Shown: positions 1 to 15,730, counted from the first letter of the stretch. The stretch: DNA of 64,000 nucleotides from Cycas panzhihuaensis (GCA_023213395.1 CM041465.1:127355741-127419740), one strand, 5' to 3'. Notes: generated by a model not told the origin, from the sequence alone. Made by a program: numbers and translations.

Positions 1-1446
1 GCTTCTTATTTGTCTTGCCTAAGGCTTTGCATCTCTTACCACCAGAATCATTATATTTTTCTTCAAGAGCTACTCTTAACAAAAAAGAAAGTCATACTAA
101 ATGGACAAGTTATATTATACCACTTATTAAACCAATGGTAAGCCTCTCCTTATACATATAATGAGGCTACTTTAATCAAATATTTGTTGTTCCTATAGTT
201 AGCATCAAGTGATTCTAAATATACATGAATATCTGTAACCTAATCATCTATAGAAAGAATCTCATCTATATTAAATATGCAAGGTGTAGGTCTTTCTATA
301 ACCATGATGATGTGGATGTAGGAGAGACTAAGAAGTGTCTATAGCCACTTATCCCCTAATTTTAATATAAAATAGATAGTAGGCATCAAGAGTGATGGTT
401 TTATGACCAAAGTCTGAATGGCCAAGAAAGTATAATATGGAACCTTTAACTTTAAAATTTTATTTCTAAAAAAATATAGCTTAAAAATACATAAAATATA
501 GATTAAAATTACGGCCTCTAAAATAAAATTCTAATGATTTAAACATAATCAAATTTTGACATCTAGATCAAAAGTTATGATTGTTTTAATAAATTTCTTG
601 TTAAGGTTTTTTAGGACTATAATAATACCTACTATTAAAATGCTAACAACTTTTTGATCTGATCTTTAATTGACCTTAAACCACTTCCATAGGAAAGTAA
701 ATTAAAAAATTATACAATCATAAAAAACTTTGAGGTCATTTAGACACCTGTAGCTAAAGTTATGGCTCTTTAAAATTGATGTTACATATCTGTCTCAAAA
801 ATACAATGACAGAAAAGTAGGCCAAAATTAAATCTATTATAATTTATATAACTTTCACTAAAATCAGCACTATGATCACTCAAAATTTATAAATCAAGCC
901 TTTTTGTCTCAAATTCTTTATTGATTCTTCCATAATCTTTCATTTTTGCACCCAATAAGTATAACTTTAATATGCCAAAAATCTTTGAAAAAAAATTTCC
1001 CTATTTTAGCATTATATAATGAAATAGATTCCTAATTGTTATATAGATTAAAAATAGCTCTGATACCATTTATTGCATGGCTAATCTCGTAACTAATCGA
1101 TATAGAGAAATATGAAGAGAAATGGAAGAAATAAGATAAAGAATAAAGAACGGTTCAGAAGAGCAGCATATCATCATCATTATCATTATATCATCTTTAC
1201 AATAGAGTGGAGTATATATAACACTCACCCCTTTATTATTATATTTCTACCTTTATATCAACTAATCCCATTAATTCTCATATGTGGAGAGTCATAACCC
1301 TCTCTAACATGTGGTGAAGGCTCACCACAAACCCCTCTTTAATGTACTAGTAATACATGGCCAACATACATTATTTACATGAGATATTCTCTCTCCTCAT
1401 TAATGCATTAAATCATTGCCTTTTTAATTCATTAATTGTTCTAACA
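1..1446 (-). mobile_element. 5' end of an LTR retrotransposon (5' LTR ~1071-1446, PBS, leader), running off the window start
   Basis: GCTCTGATACCA (reverse complement of the tRNA-iMet PBS) at 1057-1068, followed by a ~376-bp segment ending CTAACA at 1446. Confidence 0.7.
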
Positions 1447-4400
1447 AGAATTTTATGAGTAGGTTTTTCTTGTTAGAGAAATTGATCAAGATTATATTTA
1501 ATAACTTAGAAAGTTCACCATTACAGAATGAACAAATATAAAAGGATAATATGTGACAAAATCCTCTAGAACTTTCATGACTAGGTCCAAAGGAAAAAAT
1601 AATTTATTCTTAAGAAGAAGAATAGTCTAAAGAAATAAAATATTCAAAGGAATAACTCAAAGGGACAACATAAATTATTCTTATATTATGGAAAATTAGC
1701 TTACTTTTAAAGGAACTATAAGAAATCATAAGCTAATTTATAAAAATAAAAGAAGTGGGATGATCAGTAGACCTAGGAGAAGAAGAAATAATAGACTCTA
1801 CACCTTTTGTCATTCTTTATGAAAAATTAATAAGGGAAAGAAGTTTTTTATTATAACTTCATAAATAAGTCATAAACCATATGATGTTTAATATATTAAC
1901 TCGGGAGTTTCCAAACATATGAAAAGTAGATTTGAATGGTTTAGACATATGGAAGGCTATTGGTAAGATAATGACATTAGAAGATGATAAGCTATTAAAG
2001 GTAAAAGGTATATGAGATATTTTTATTATCACACTAGATAGAGAACACTACTACATTGAAGATGTGATGTACATGCTAGGACTGAAGAAGAATCTCATTT
2101 TTATCAGCCAAGTTAAAGACAAAAGAATGAGTATACTCTTTAAAAGTGGTAAAGTTATTATCAATGATTATGATGGAAAAATAATAGTTAAAGGAGTAAA
2201 AAATGGTACACTTAGTGGATCTTGGGTAAATCTATAAACCAAAGAGCCTTTATTATTGGTGTAACTTATAAAAATAAGTTATGGCACGAAAGAATGGTAT
2301 ATTTACATTATTCATGTCTTCATTTGAAATATAAATTAAATATGGTTCATAATCTTCCTAAATTAAAACTAAAGAATAACTCGTGTATAACCTATATCAT
2401 GGGAAAGTAATATAGTAAGAAATTTCAAAAATGAAAAACTTGGAGAGCAATAGAAAAACTTAGATTTATCCACTCTAATATATGTCATCTGATGCTAACA
2501 ATTTCTTTTAGAGATGTAAAATATTTCTTAACCTTCATTAATGATTTTTCAATAAAATCTTAGTTTTATCCCATGAAATGAGATATCCAAAATATTTGAT
2601 ATCTTTAAGGAATTCAAAGTAAAAGTGGAAAATGAGAGTGGTTAGAAATTTAAAATCCTCAAGATAATACATGAGAATACACCTCTAAGGTATTTTTATA
2701 GTATTATAAAGACTACAAGATCACCAAACACTTGACAACTATATACATAACTCAACAAAATGAAGTTGCTAAGAGAATGGGTAGAACTATAGTCCAAAAT
2801 ATCAAGTCAATGATAAAGGGTAAAAATCTCTCATAGTCCTTCTAGGTAGAATTTGTTTATATAGCAACTTATTTGTCTAATTATAATTCCACAAAGGCTA
2901 TCTAGAATACGACAGTAGAAGAAGTTTAGTTAGGTAAAAGTTTGGCAGTGAGCCATTTAAGAATCTTTGAGAGCATTGCATACATGTTTCTAAAAGAGAA
3001 ACATCATAAATTTGATCAAAAGAGTTCCAAGTATATCATCATTGGTATAGTGAATAGAGTAAAGTATACTAAGTAATTAAGTTAAAAACCAAAAGGGTTC
3101 ACATAACTTGTGATATTATCTTTGAAGAAGGTGATAAGGAAACTAGATTGGATACTTTACAAATATGCCATGACAAAGATAAGTATATTAAAAAACAACT
3201 AGAAACAAGTTCTTTAAGGCAATGTGTTGAGTTATAAATTGAACAAGAACTAGTTAGTACATTGATTAAAGTTGAGGAGAAGGAATACGAAGATGCTCGA
3301 TATGAATTGGCAACCTTAAGTTACTCCACCAATGAAAAAACTTCCCAATTGGTATCTAAAAACTATTACAAATGAGTTATCAAGATTGAAGGCAAGTAGA
3401 AATCAAGGATGAGATATAATTTAATTAATTTTACTCTAATGAAAAGCATGCTTAATGTAGATAATTTTTCAAGTTTTGATGTGACATGCCAAGAGTATAA
3501 GTAGAGAATAGCTATAGATACTAAAATTCAAGTTATAAAGTAGATCAAACTTTAGATTTAGTTGAATTACCAATAAGAAAAATAGGCAATTAGTTGCAAA
3601 TGGGTCTATAAGACCAAATATAATTTTAATGGCTCAATTAACAAATACAAAGCTAGATTGGTAGCAAAATACTTCAACTAGATAGAAGGCATTAACTATG
3701 AGGAGACTTTTTTTTCTAATAAAAAAGATGGTAATAATAAGACTTATTATGACAATAGTTACTTGATTCAACTAGTAGTTATACCAGCATGATGTTAAAA
3801 GTACTTTTCTTAATAGAGATTTCCTAGAGGAAGTCTATATGAAGTAGTCACTGTGATACATTGCAAAAAAAAAAAAAAGCTTATGTGTTATTTGAGAAAA
3901 GCTTTATATGGTTTAAAGCAGACTCTAAGAGCTTGGTATTCAAAGATTGATTAGTATCTTATAAAAATTGTGTTTAGAATGATGCTAACTAATTTAAAAC
4001 TATATATCAAAGTTCAAAGTGATTGTCCAATCATCTTCATAATTTTATATGTAGATGATTTAGTCATAACAAGTAATGATACTTTAATGGTTGAAAACCT
4101 AAAGGATAATCTCAAGGAGAAATTTAAGACAAATCTTGGATTACTCCACTATTTTCTTAAAATAAAAGTTTGGCAAAATCTTGGGAAGATCTTAATTTCA
4201 TATACTAAGCATACATAAGAAATTCTAAAGAAATTTATAATAGACTATAAACCTTTCCTAATCCCAATAAGGACAAGTACAAAGTTATCAATTCAAGATG
4301 ATGAAAAATAAATATATGACTTATTCTACATATATAGTTCATTAGTAATTTCATCTATTTGACCATAGTTAGGCCTTTATAATTGGGATGGTATTGGGGT

Positions 4401-5376
4401 TTATGTTAAATCCAAAGAAAGTCCATTAAAAACTTATAAAGAAGGTCCTTAGATACTTACCGAGAACTTTGTAACATGAATCAGAACTCAACTAAAATAA
4501 TAATTTTAGGTCAGAGGATTATTCAAATTTTGATTGGGATAAATGTGCTAATAGCAAAAGGTTTACTTTAAGATATTACTTTAATTTAGGATCTATTACA
4601 GTCACTTAGACTAATAAGAAGCAATTGAATTTTGTATTATTATCCATTAAGGTTGAGTATGCAGCTAAAATTGTATCAACTTGTAAAGCCATCTAGTTAA
4701 AGCAAGCCCTTAGTAACTTAGGACTTTGTCATGATGAGATGACAATACTATACTATAATAATCATAATACTTTAAAGATTGTTAAGAGCCTAGCATTCCA
4801 TAGACATACTAAACACATTGAGATGCATCATAATTTCATTAGGGAACGAATCAATAATTGAAAGATCAAGCTTAAATATAATCCTACAGAAGAGTATTTG
4901 GCAAATATTTTCATGAAATATTTCTCTAAAGATAAATTTAAAATATTCAGATTTTATAGTAGTGCAAAAGCCAATAATGTAAACATTGAAGGGCAGTGTT
5001 AAAATTAATTCCTACATTATCAAGGTCATAATATAATGTTATAAGCCCTAATACAGTTCAAGGATGGTTTGGTAAGTTATAAAAGCTCATCACTTGATTG
5101 ATGATAAGTGTCCAAGAGAGTTCCTTATTCCCTTAATGAGTATGTGACAAGTGTTAAGGCCGTTACAAGTCTATTCTACTATCACCAATTCTAGATTATA
5201 TTTATATGTACCATGACCATGATTGTACATATCATTAGAGATGTGAGTTCTAAGTATTTTTAATGAATTAAAATAAAATAAAAATAGACCAATTCTATTA
5301 AGAAAAATCATATGTTATGTGTAATCCTATTTTTTAGTTCGTCAATTTAACTTATAGTAGCCCCTCATCTTTAACA
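1447..5376 (+). mobile_element. Highly degenerate Ty1/copia element, 5'-truncated, with 3' LTR ~4997-5376
   Basis: Decayed protease (YINSGVSKHM ~1890-1921), integrase (~2460-3120), RT (CKWVYKTKY ~3595; ILYVDDLVI in ORF 3970-4218), RNase H (HTKHIEMHHNFIRE ~4805); PPT-like TTGAAGGGCAG then TGTT at 4997. Confidence 0.88.
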
Positions 5377-5468
5377 TCAAACTTATTTTAATAATTAACA
5401 ACTCTAAAATTACAATAACAATAAAGCACTTTTTCAAATTCTTCTTTTTCACATTTACACATCTATAC

Positions 5469-8235
5469 TATTGGAGAATAATATTTAATTAATTATTAAT
5501 CCATGATTATTATAATATTAGTCTCTCAAATATTATATATAGTCATCATAAAAAAGTACACATCTATGTAGATAATAATTTATGAATATTATTAAATTGT
5601 GTTTATAGCTCATATCTTTATGTATTCTCGTAGGCTGTCTTAGAGGTTCTCCAATATCTTAAATATACTCTTTCATAATATAATATGGAAGATGACCATT
5701 TCTCCCAACATTTATTATCCTATGTTATGATTTATACTTTATTTTACTCAAATTTTATGTTATATTTTATATCACCTCATTGTTAAAAGTCCTCATGTAA
5801 ATATCTTGTTAAGTTATTGCTTTCATATATGTGGTATCATATTGTAATTTTATTTTCTAACATGGTGTCAAACCCATAATCTTATAGTAAATGTTTTTTA
5901 GCATGGTATCAAAGCTTAATAATTTGATCCTTAGAAGGCTATGAAGAGTCAATGTTTTATTCTATCATAATTATGTTAGAAGTTTTTTTAAATAGATAAT
6001 TATATTTACTTAAAAGATTTTCACAAAAATTATTTGCAAAAATTATGCCCGATATGGTAGAGGAGAATGGGTTGGGTAAGCTGTAAAGCTAGGATCACAA
6101 ATTTATAATGAAATTATTCTTGAAATTAATTTAGTAGACAGATGTTTATGTATACAATATATGTAAATAATTAGCATGTAAGGATTTTAATGGTGAGTCC
6201 ACTGTCTCAATTATTTTTAGTATTTTTTTGCTTAGAAGATATAGTACATATGAATAGATTGAGTATCACATGGTATAGACATGTTGGGCTTCAAGATTTT
6301 GTTGGGTGGATAAAGAATTGGCTATTGAATCCCTTGGTTAAGTTGAACAGAATATATTATAAAGAAATTAATTTAGTCTAAAGGGTATTATGGGTATCTT
6401 GTGTTGTTTCGGATTCACTACTAGAATAAAAACCAATCTATAGATGATAAGCCTAAAACCCTCATTCAAGTTGTAGAAAATATGGCTCTAAATAAGAGTC
6501 ATTGAATGTTGGGACTAGATCTACTACAAAATAGATTAGAGCCCACATATAAAAGGAACTTCCCAACTGTTGACAAATCAGAGTAGATGGAGCCCATTGT
6601 AAAGCATATTTTATGTACTGAGCAAAGCCCATAAATGAGGCTATTTGAATCCCAAGGAAAAGCATAGAAAAGGCAATGATAAAAATTGAAACCAGTGGTT
6701 GAAGGAGAAGTAATAGTAGAGGCATATGAAGCAACCCACAATAAGGTGAGATTACAAAGGAATGTAGAGACGAAAGTTCTAGTGTAAATCTCAATGGTGA
6801 CAACTCACCTACAATAAAACATAGGAAGCCTGAATGGGCATCACTACCATTAAATCTTGGTACTCAAAAACTCCAAAACGTTGAAGTTTAAATCTACCTC
6901 ATATTTATGGAGAAATACAAATTTCAAGCACATGTAGAAGAAATAAAACAACAATTGAAATTACCCATACATTTCTTTTTTCTTTTTGGATATGTATTAT
7001 CTTTTTCTAATGTTTGTGGGATATTAAATTAGATTAGAGATGTTTTTCAAGTCTAGCCTAACTACTAAAGATAATCATATGGTGAAAAACAAAAATTAGA
7101 GGTTAAATGGAAAAGAGATAAACACTCAACTAACAGATTTAATAAAAATTTCCATAATTACTTGTATTGTTTTTACTATAGCTTTTACGTATGAATTTAT
7201 ATTTTAGTTTTGTCATATAAATTGAAAAGCTTGTGTCAATACTTTTAAAATAAGTGGTTGCAAGACTATATTAAGATAAGTAGAGAAGAGACATTTGATC
7301 AATTCATTTTTTCAAAATTTTCAAGTATGTTTTCATTCAAAATTATTAAAATTTTGGTTCTGATAGAAGTATGCATGTGAAAACCCATTTTATAAGAAAT
7401 AATACATTTACATATATGGTAATTGTTTAAGTGCATTATTTGGACCTTGCATCTTCTTTCATTAATTGAAATTATAGAATGAGTTTATAGTTAAAATATT
7501 CTATATGGATGGTAGTAAGAATTGCAATATACTTACCTGAAATTATTAACAATTGGTTGTTAGATACTTGTGCTTTGTTAATATGGTTGAGCTATAAATA
7601 GTTACAGATGGGTACCCAAGACACATTAATTATTTTATAAGATCATAAACCTAATATTCTAAATCCAAGCAAAGTAAAGTCATATTTCTTGTCAAGAGTT
7701 AGAGAAGGGGAACAAGCACAAAAGGAAGCACATGTGAAGCAATTAAGAGATGAAAATAGTGCTTGGTAATGTCATAAGAAAATCAAGATTAAATATTATG
7801 TGGAAGTATTAGAAAATAGTGTTTAATCAATGATTAATCCATGATTACTATGATAGTTCTCTCTCAAATGTTGTACATAGTTATCTTAAAGATGTGTACA
7901 TTTATGTAAATATTAATCTGTAAGTATTATTAAAATATATGTTTAGAGTTCACATCTTCTTATATCCTTATAAGTTATCTTAAAGGTTCTCTAATATCAT
8001 TAAACATCTATAACACAAATTGTATCTATAAGTATGTACTCTTTCATAATGCAATATGTGAGATAATCATTTCTCCCAACATTTATTATCTCATGTTATG
8101 GTGCATATTTTATTTTACTTATATTTCATGTTCTATTCTATATTACTCATTATTAAAAGTCCTTATGCTAATATCTTATTAAATTATTATTTCCGTATAT
8201 ATTATGATATCATAGTGTAATTTCATGTTCTAACA
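5469..8235 (+). mobile_element. Non-autonomous LTR element (LTRs 5469-5862 and 7807-8235, ~1.9-kb internal region without recognisable pol)
   Basis: Two diverged direct repeats TA(TG)...AACA, PBS-like motifs at 5863 and 5904, decayed PPT before 7807. Flanks TATAC/TACAT are compatible with a deaminated TACAC TSD. Confidence 0.8.
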
Positions 8236-9044
8236 TACATGCCATAGTGTCTGCAGCCATTATTACCACATTTCACATTTATCAAAAAAAAAAAAAAACC
8301 TTAAAATAAATAAATTATGACCACCAATAAAAGCTAATTATTTGGGCCCATATGCATTAAAAAAGAGGTCAGGGGGAGGGGGTGGGGAGTGCGAGTGGAG
8401 TCACAAAAAATATATTTTTCAAAATAGTAAACCTTCATTTCTCATCATGAATTTTCTATATTTATTTTTTCAGATAAAAGAATATAGACCTCAAATGCAT
8501 TTTGCTCGAACTCTTTTAATAGCTACTTTAGGCATAAGACATGCTAGTTCCATTGAACAACATCAAACCTTCAAGTGACAAAGGCTTTAACATTTCATAC
8601 AAACCCTTGGTTCTAATAAACCCTAAGATTCAACCATATAGTTTTGATACCACTTTTGGGGATTATATTTAGATAGTGAAACTATTGATAATGTAGAAGT
8701 AATTAGATTAAAGATGAACCTAACAAGAAATCAATTATGGACATAAAATATAAGATAAATAAAGAGATAAAGAAAAAAAATATGAAATATATATATATAA
8801 TAGGCACAATGGATTCGATAGAAGAATAGCCAATTGTTATCTTGTTATAAATAATATGTATATATTTATAAAATACTTTGGCCTTATATGAGAACCTCAA
8901 AAGTCAACTATTGTAGGTAGATATACACTTCAATCAAGCCTATTAGCACACTATTTAATGGTGTTTATAAATTGATGATAAAAGAACATATGAAATATTG
9001 AGGTGCCTATTACACATTATATATAAAATTTAATATTACATCTA

Positions 9045-9680
9045 GTATTAATACCATAAAAGGAAATTACATAAGTGCCAAGATATCATATTAAAAAATA
9101 TTATATAAAAATCTATAAAATTATGATAAAGAAGAAATATGTACCAATGTAAAAATATAATAAAAAATTTAGAAAAAAAAATCGATCTTCGACTATTACA
9201 TTAGACAAGATTCATATTTATAGATATAGTCTACCTCATAAAGGTCCAAAGATATTCAAAGACGTGAACTCTAAACACACATTTTAATAATATTCATAGT
9301 TTAAGAATCTACATAAGTATGTACATCTTTAAGATGGTTGTGTATAATATTTGAGGGATAACCATTACAATAATTATGGATTACCTATTGATTAAAAGTT
9401 ATTATTCAACACTCTTCCTTAATGTTTAATCATCATTTTTTTTATTACATCACCAAATTTTATATTCACCTCTAAATTGTTTTGAGTGTACTTTATTTTA
9501 TGTTTATTCCTCTTTTCCAACCTATAAGAATAAACATGTCTTCACCTTGCTATGACACACAACATTAGATTTATGACCTTATAAAATGGTTAACATCTTG
9601 GGTGTCCACTTGCAATTACCTACAATCCATTCACATTAATAAAATACAAGTATCTAGTAACCAACTATTGCTAACTTCGA
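9045..9680 (-). mobile_element. Second copy of the same non-autonomous family (LTR ~9057-9411, PPT, 3' internal fragment)
   Basis: Reverse-complement homology to the LTRs above and of 9412-9680 to ~7530-7806; PPT complement CTCTTCCTTAATG at 9412-9424. Confidence 0.75.
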
Positions 9681-10469
9681 GTAATTCTTATGAGTAACTT
9701 AAACCTAAATCAAAATACGAAGAATATGAGAAATTCAAGTAGAATTAGCCTAAGTTCTAAATTTTTTTTATTCATTAAAAATAATTTGATCAATATACAA
9801 GGCATTATATTTGTGTAAAAAATGAGATCAGTAATGGTCTAAATTTGACTTATAACCACCCTGACATTTATCATAGTATTTAATGATGACCCTATAAATT
9901 ACCATAGATTTTCTAACTCTCTATTAACTTAATTTGAACCCACACGTAAATATTAATTCTAATACTCTCCTTTAATATTGTCAGAATATGTATCATGCAC
10001 AATGTCATAAGATCAAGAAGTCAAGTAAATATAGGTAAACATACATTGCATATATACACAAGTTTCGCTAGGTGGAAAACCCCTTCTGGGGAAGAAAAAC
10101 CACCTCCTAATCTATGATTTTATTAATATCAGAAATTATACAAAAACTTTAATAAAAATACCCTCTAAATACAAAAGACCATCCTTTAAAACAGGCTTTG
10201 GACAACCTCCTAGATTCTCAGAACCACCTCCTTAAATCTAGGAGAGGGTATTTATAACAAGAAAGGTTTATTAAAATGGGCAGTTATGCATTTCAATGAC
10301 TTTCACATAATAATTAAATAATAACATAAACTTTTAACTTTAAACCTTTGAATCACTTAAACGTTTATTTACACATGTGACATAAATATAATATAATAAT
10401 AAAATAAAACTAATATTAATAATCCTAACATCTCCCTTTAATGTTAGTTTTTATAATATAGAAAAAGGT

Positions 10470-13400
10470 CTTCATCACGTTGATCCCCCTTTGATGGAGA
10501 CTTTTTTTATCTTTAACAAATCTCGCAGGTTTAGAAACTTGACTTTAGTCAAAGACTTTATGAGTATGTCAGCAACCTATAAATCTATAAGACAATAAGA
10601 CAAATGAATAATATTATCAGTAACAAGATTACGAATAAAATGTTAATGTAATTCTATATGTTTAGTTCTAAAATATGCAATCAGATTTGTAGCAATAGCA
10701 ATAGCACCTTGATTATCAACTTTAAGTTTTATAGAAGAGTTAGGAGACAGACCAATTTCATTTATAAGATATTTAATCTAAAGTACTTCTTTGCTGGCTT
10801 CAATGAGTGCTCGATATTCAGCTTCAGTCGTTGATAGAGCTAGTACCTGCATTTTTTTTACTAGACCAAGTAATACGTGAAGAATCTAGTAAAAATACAT
10901 AACCTGATGTAGACTTATGATCATTTGTGTCACATGCCCAATCTGAATCGGTATATCCTATTAAGGTTAGAGGTTTACTATAAAAATTATACGTTAGTCC
11001 ATAAAAAGCAATGTTCTAAAGATATCGTATTATACGTTTAGTAGCTTTCCAATGTGATTCATGTGGCTTTTGCATATAACATGAACATAAAGCGACAACA
11101 TAAAATATAGCAGGGCGGGTATGAGTTAAATAAATAAGGCTACCAATAAGTTGCTTATATAAGGTTGAATCACATAAAGGTGTAGAACAATCAGTAGATG
11201 GTTTTACTTCTAATTGTAACAGATTAGAGACAAGTTTAACATTTTCCATGTTAAACCATTTAATTAAGTCTAAAATATTTTTTGGTTGGGATATAGTTAT
11301 TTTTTAATCATGTTGATAAATTTGTAATCTAAGAAAATAATGTAGGAGACCTAGATTAGTCATTTTAAATTTATTCATTAAAATAGGTTTTAAGTAATGA
11401 ATGTTATTTGTTGATGATCCAGTAATGATGATATCATTAACATACAGGATTAAAATAGTAATATTTTTATTTTCACATTTGAAATAAAGATTTGGATCAC
11501 TAATACATTTAGTGTATCCAATTTAAATTAGATAATCACCAACTTTAGTGTACCAAGCTCAAGGAGTTTGTTTTAATCCATAAATAGATTTCTTTAATTT
11601 ACAAACTAAATTAAGATTATCAATAAAGCTATGTGGTTGAGACATATAGATCTCTTCTTTGAGATCACCATTCAGAAATGTGCTCTTTACATCCATTTGA
11701 TGGATTTTCTAACCAAACTTGGCTGCAAGAGCAATAATTATTTTAATCGTATTAATCTTTGCAATAGGGGCAAAGGTTTCGTTATAATCCATGCCATCAA
11801 TTTGATAAAATCCTTTTTCGACTAAGTGAGTTTTATACTTTTCAACTATGCCTATTGAGTTATATTTTGTTCTATAAACTTATTTATAGTCAACTATATT
11901 TTTCCCTGGTAGGAGTGTTACGAGATCCTAAGTTGAATTCTTGTTTAAGACATTAAATTTAACTTGCATAACTTCCTACCATACATGATTATTGCTAGCT
12001 TGTTTAAAGGTTTTAGGATTATTATTGTCCATTATTTTGGCCATTAAAGTATAGTTGGTATATAATTTTTGGTCACGTGTTCACCTGGTATCTAAAGAAT
12101 TATGGGATGTTTGTTAGTTACTATTTCTGTAGATACAAGTTGAGCTGAGGAGCTAGCTTGAAAAGAAGAGTGTATTTCAGTAGATTCAGGTATAGTCTAA
12201 TTCTGGACTTGAGTAGATAAAGATTCTATAATTTTAAAATCAACTTGTTTGTTAGAGGGTTCAACAAAATAAGTGTTGGTTAACAGATTTTAAACCAGAA
12301 GTTCTACATAAGTAGAGGTTGAAGAAGATCCTTCTTCATCAAATATTATGTCACACAGAATTAAAATTTGATGTGTGACCAGATCCAAAAGTCTATAGGC
12401 TTCACTTTCTTCACTATATCCAATGAAGATGTATTTTTCACTCTTAGGATCTAGTTTCTTGCATTTTTCTTTTGGAACGTGTTCCCACGTAATACTTCTA
12501 AAGATTTATAAATGATTAATTGAGGGTTTTCTTCCAGACCACTTTTATTCTAGAGTAACGTTTTATAAGCATTTACTAGGTAAGCGGTTTAGAAGATAGT
12601 TGGAACAGTTAATTACTTATACCCACAACTTTAGGTCAAGGTTCTTTGCATGTAATATGTAACAGGTCATCTCAACAAGAGTGTGGTTCTTACGTTCAGC
12701 AACACCATTTTACTGAGGAGTGTATGCAACGAAATGCTAAAATTGAATTCTATGCTTCTTACAGAATGAAGTCAATTTGTCATTTAAGTATTCTTTGGCA
12801 TTATCATATCTAAAAATTTTAATTTTTGAGTTTAATTGGTTTTCAACAAGTGTTTTGAATTTTGTGAAGATATCAAATACTTGACTACGTGTCTTAAGTG
12901 TGTATACCCAATATTTTCTAGAAAAATCATCATTAAATATAACAAAATAATAAGAGCCAAAGTATGATGTTACATGAAATGGTCCACATATGTCAGAATG
13001 AACAAGTTCAAGTGGAACTTTTGCTCTGAATTAAGTTTTATGTGGAAAAGGGTCCATGTGTTGTTTACCTATTACACAGGCTTCACAGACACCATAAACA
13101 GTATTTAAAGGAGGAAGACCATGAACCATGTCATGTCTTTTTAGGTATTGAAGTTTGCCATAACTAGTATGGCCAAATTGTGCATGCCATAGTTTATTGA
13201 CTAAGTCAGATTTAGCTATAAAGATACTAAAGGGTTTTGTTTTGTTATTTTGTAAACTTGTTAAATTATAGAAATATATACTATGATCAACAGGTCTAGA
13301 CACAATACGTTTAAATTTGTTTAATAGTTCTTTAATAATAAATTTATCTTTCCAGAATTTGACGACAAGGTCTTTCTGACAGATTTGATAAATAGAGAGT

Positions 13401-14653
13401 AAGTTTGGTAACAAACTAGGTGTGTAGAAGATGTCCTTTATTTAATCATATTTCAAGGTAACATCACCTAATCCTTTTACTTTAAGTTAGGTTCCACTTC
13501 CAAAGAAATTTCTTCTTCAGAGTTAGTTTCAGATTGATAAGTAGATAATTTTTTCTAGTATTTTATCATATAATGGGACGCACCAGAGTCAAGGATCCAT
13601 TGTGGTGGTTGATTAGTTAGAGCAACAACTACAGAAGTTGTTGCTATTAGAGAATAATTATGAGTTTGTTGTCAGTTTTATGGTCGAGATTGTGGTTGGT
13701 TTTATAATCCCTTGGAAGCTTTCCATGCTTCTGAAGTTATTCTACTTCTACAGACATCAATAGTGTGGCCTCTTTTATGATAATAGGCACAACTAGTATT
13801 CTGAGAAAGATTTACATTATTCCGATTAGGAAAGGACTGATTAGAAGTATTCTAATATTTAGATGGACCAGAATACTTAGTATTATTTTGGAAGTTAGGT
13901 GGTGAACCTCTATGAGGTTTCTAAAATTTTAGATTACTATTACAGTTATTCTGATGTTTGTTTTTATTTTGAGGCTTAGTTTTAGAAAATAAAGCCTGAG
14001 AAGGATCTTTCAATATTCTTGTTTGAATTAACATCATTTAATATTCTACCAGTTGGTTTGTCAGCTGATTAAAAGTTATAGGAGGATTGCCAGCTTGTTG
14101 TCTGGTTGTTTTAAAAAATTTAAAATATTTTGGTAATTTATTTATTGTAAGATGAACGAGTTTATCGTCGTCTTTAGCATGAGTAATTATTTGTTTAGTA
14201 TCACCTACTTTAGTTTTAGATTTAATACATTTACCTAGGTCTTTATTAATTAGTTAAATTTTGTATAAGAAATCTTCAACTTTGGAAAAATCATCATAAT
14301 TAACGTCATACAATTGATATTCTAAGACAGCCAGTTGATATGTATTGACCTTATCATATTTTTCTTTCAGAGTATTCCAGGCAGTGGCTAGATCATCTGT
14401 TTCAAAAAACTACCAACTAATTTCTAGTGAAAGTGAGTTCAAGATGGTGCCTAGGGTTAAATATGAGTTTATCAAATATACCAGATAGCTTTCTAAAGTT
14501 GTGTCAGTTGGTATTCTAAAATTCATCTGTCATATATCACCATATCTTTTGTTGTTTAAGCTGATAGGATATGTGATTCCTCTAGTCGGCATAGTTTGAG
14601 CCAGTTAAAACTAGAATTAGAACGCAAGTGGTTGTCCCTGCCATTAGAGCCAT
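10470..14653 (-). pseudogene. Copia gag-pol polyprotein, interrupted by stops and frameshifts
   Basis: WILDSGASHY protease (~13570-13600), LWHAQFGH...CEAC GAG-pre-integrase (ORF 13031-13414), RT YKQLIGSLIYLTHTRP (ORF 11016-11249). Confidence 0.9.
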
Positions 14654-15726
14654 ATTGGGAATAATAGGGTTTGATTAGAGATTAGAGGATATAAGTGTAG
14701 GTGAAAAAAATAATCACTTAAAAAACTTACCAAACATCATATTAATATTTCACAGGCATGATTAAAAACTGGAAATCATAGTAGGATGAATGAATACCTT
14801 TCCTCTTAAATAAGAATTACATATTCTTCTTTTAAAAAATTAGTAGTCCCCCTTAACAAAGTAAGTGTTTTACTTAAAAAAGACTTTATAATTAAAGTAT
14901 TTAGATTCCAATTTTATTGTTTTGAGAGATAAATATGAATAAGATAAAGGTTTATTGATTTACTATTGTCAATTAACAAGCAATAGGTTGTAAAATTTAT
15001 TATAGGGTTTCTACAAAATAATAATGCAGAGAATAATATTTAGTCAAAATAATTAATTAAAAAAAAAATTTATTGATTTGTTAATCAAATCATAAAGTAA
15101 AATAACATAATTAAAATCTATAATTCTAGTGTTGGAAAATATTCAAATATTTAATATAGGTTATGAAGAGTTTTAAAAAAATAAATAAATAATTAATTAA
15201 TTAATTACAAAAGATATTAATATATAAAGGGGAACACTATAGTGAGAATGATAAAATAAATATAATAAAGGAGGGTTAATGTATTAATCAATACATATAT
15301 TGTATTAAAAAAAATTTATGTTGATTTAACCTAAAGTTAATTAGGTTTAATTTGAAAAGTATATATATATATATATATGGGGGTTAATTATAATAATAAA
15401 AATGTAGTAGAGGAGAGAGGTATACTGATTAAATTTAAAATATAATAAAAGTAGAGGGTTAAATTTATGTCAACATTAAAAGAAGTATAAAGAGGATTAA
15501 TTTGGCATTAAATAATATAGTTAGGGAGGGTGTTTATTTATATATCACTTATAATGGAAAAAATTAATTAATAAAGTGTGAGGGGGGGTGAATGAAGCAA
15601 GAATGTAGTAGTTAATATAAAGAAGAAAGGGTTAATTTTAATTTATAAACTAAATGTTATAATGTTTAAAAAAAATAAAAATGGAAGGATTAAAATCAAA
15701 TGTTTTTAGCCTAAGGTTTATATCTT

Positions 15727-15730
<4 letters not shown>

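Noticed and set aside
5832-5915. CRISPR-like repeat array
   Set aside because: Repeats are tRNA-Met PBS copies at an LTR boundary in plant DNA; spacers are related to each other; no cas genes.
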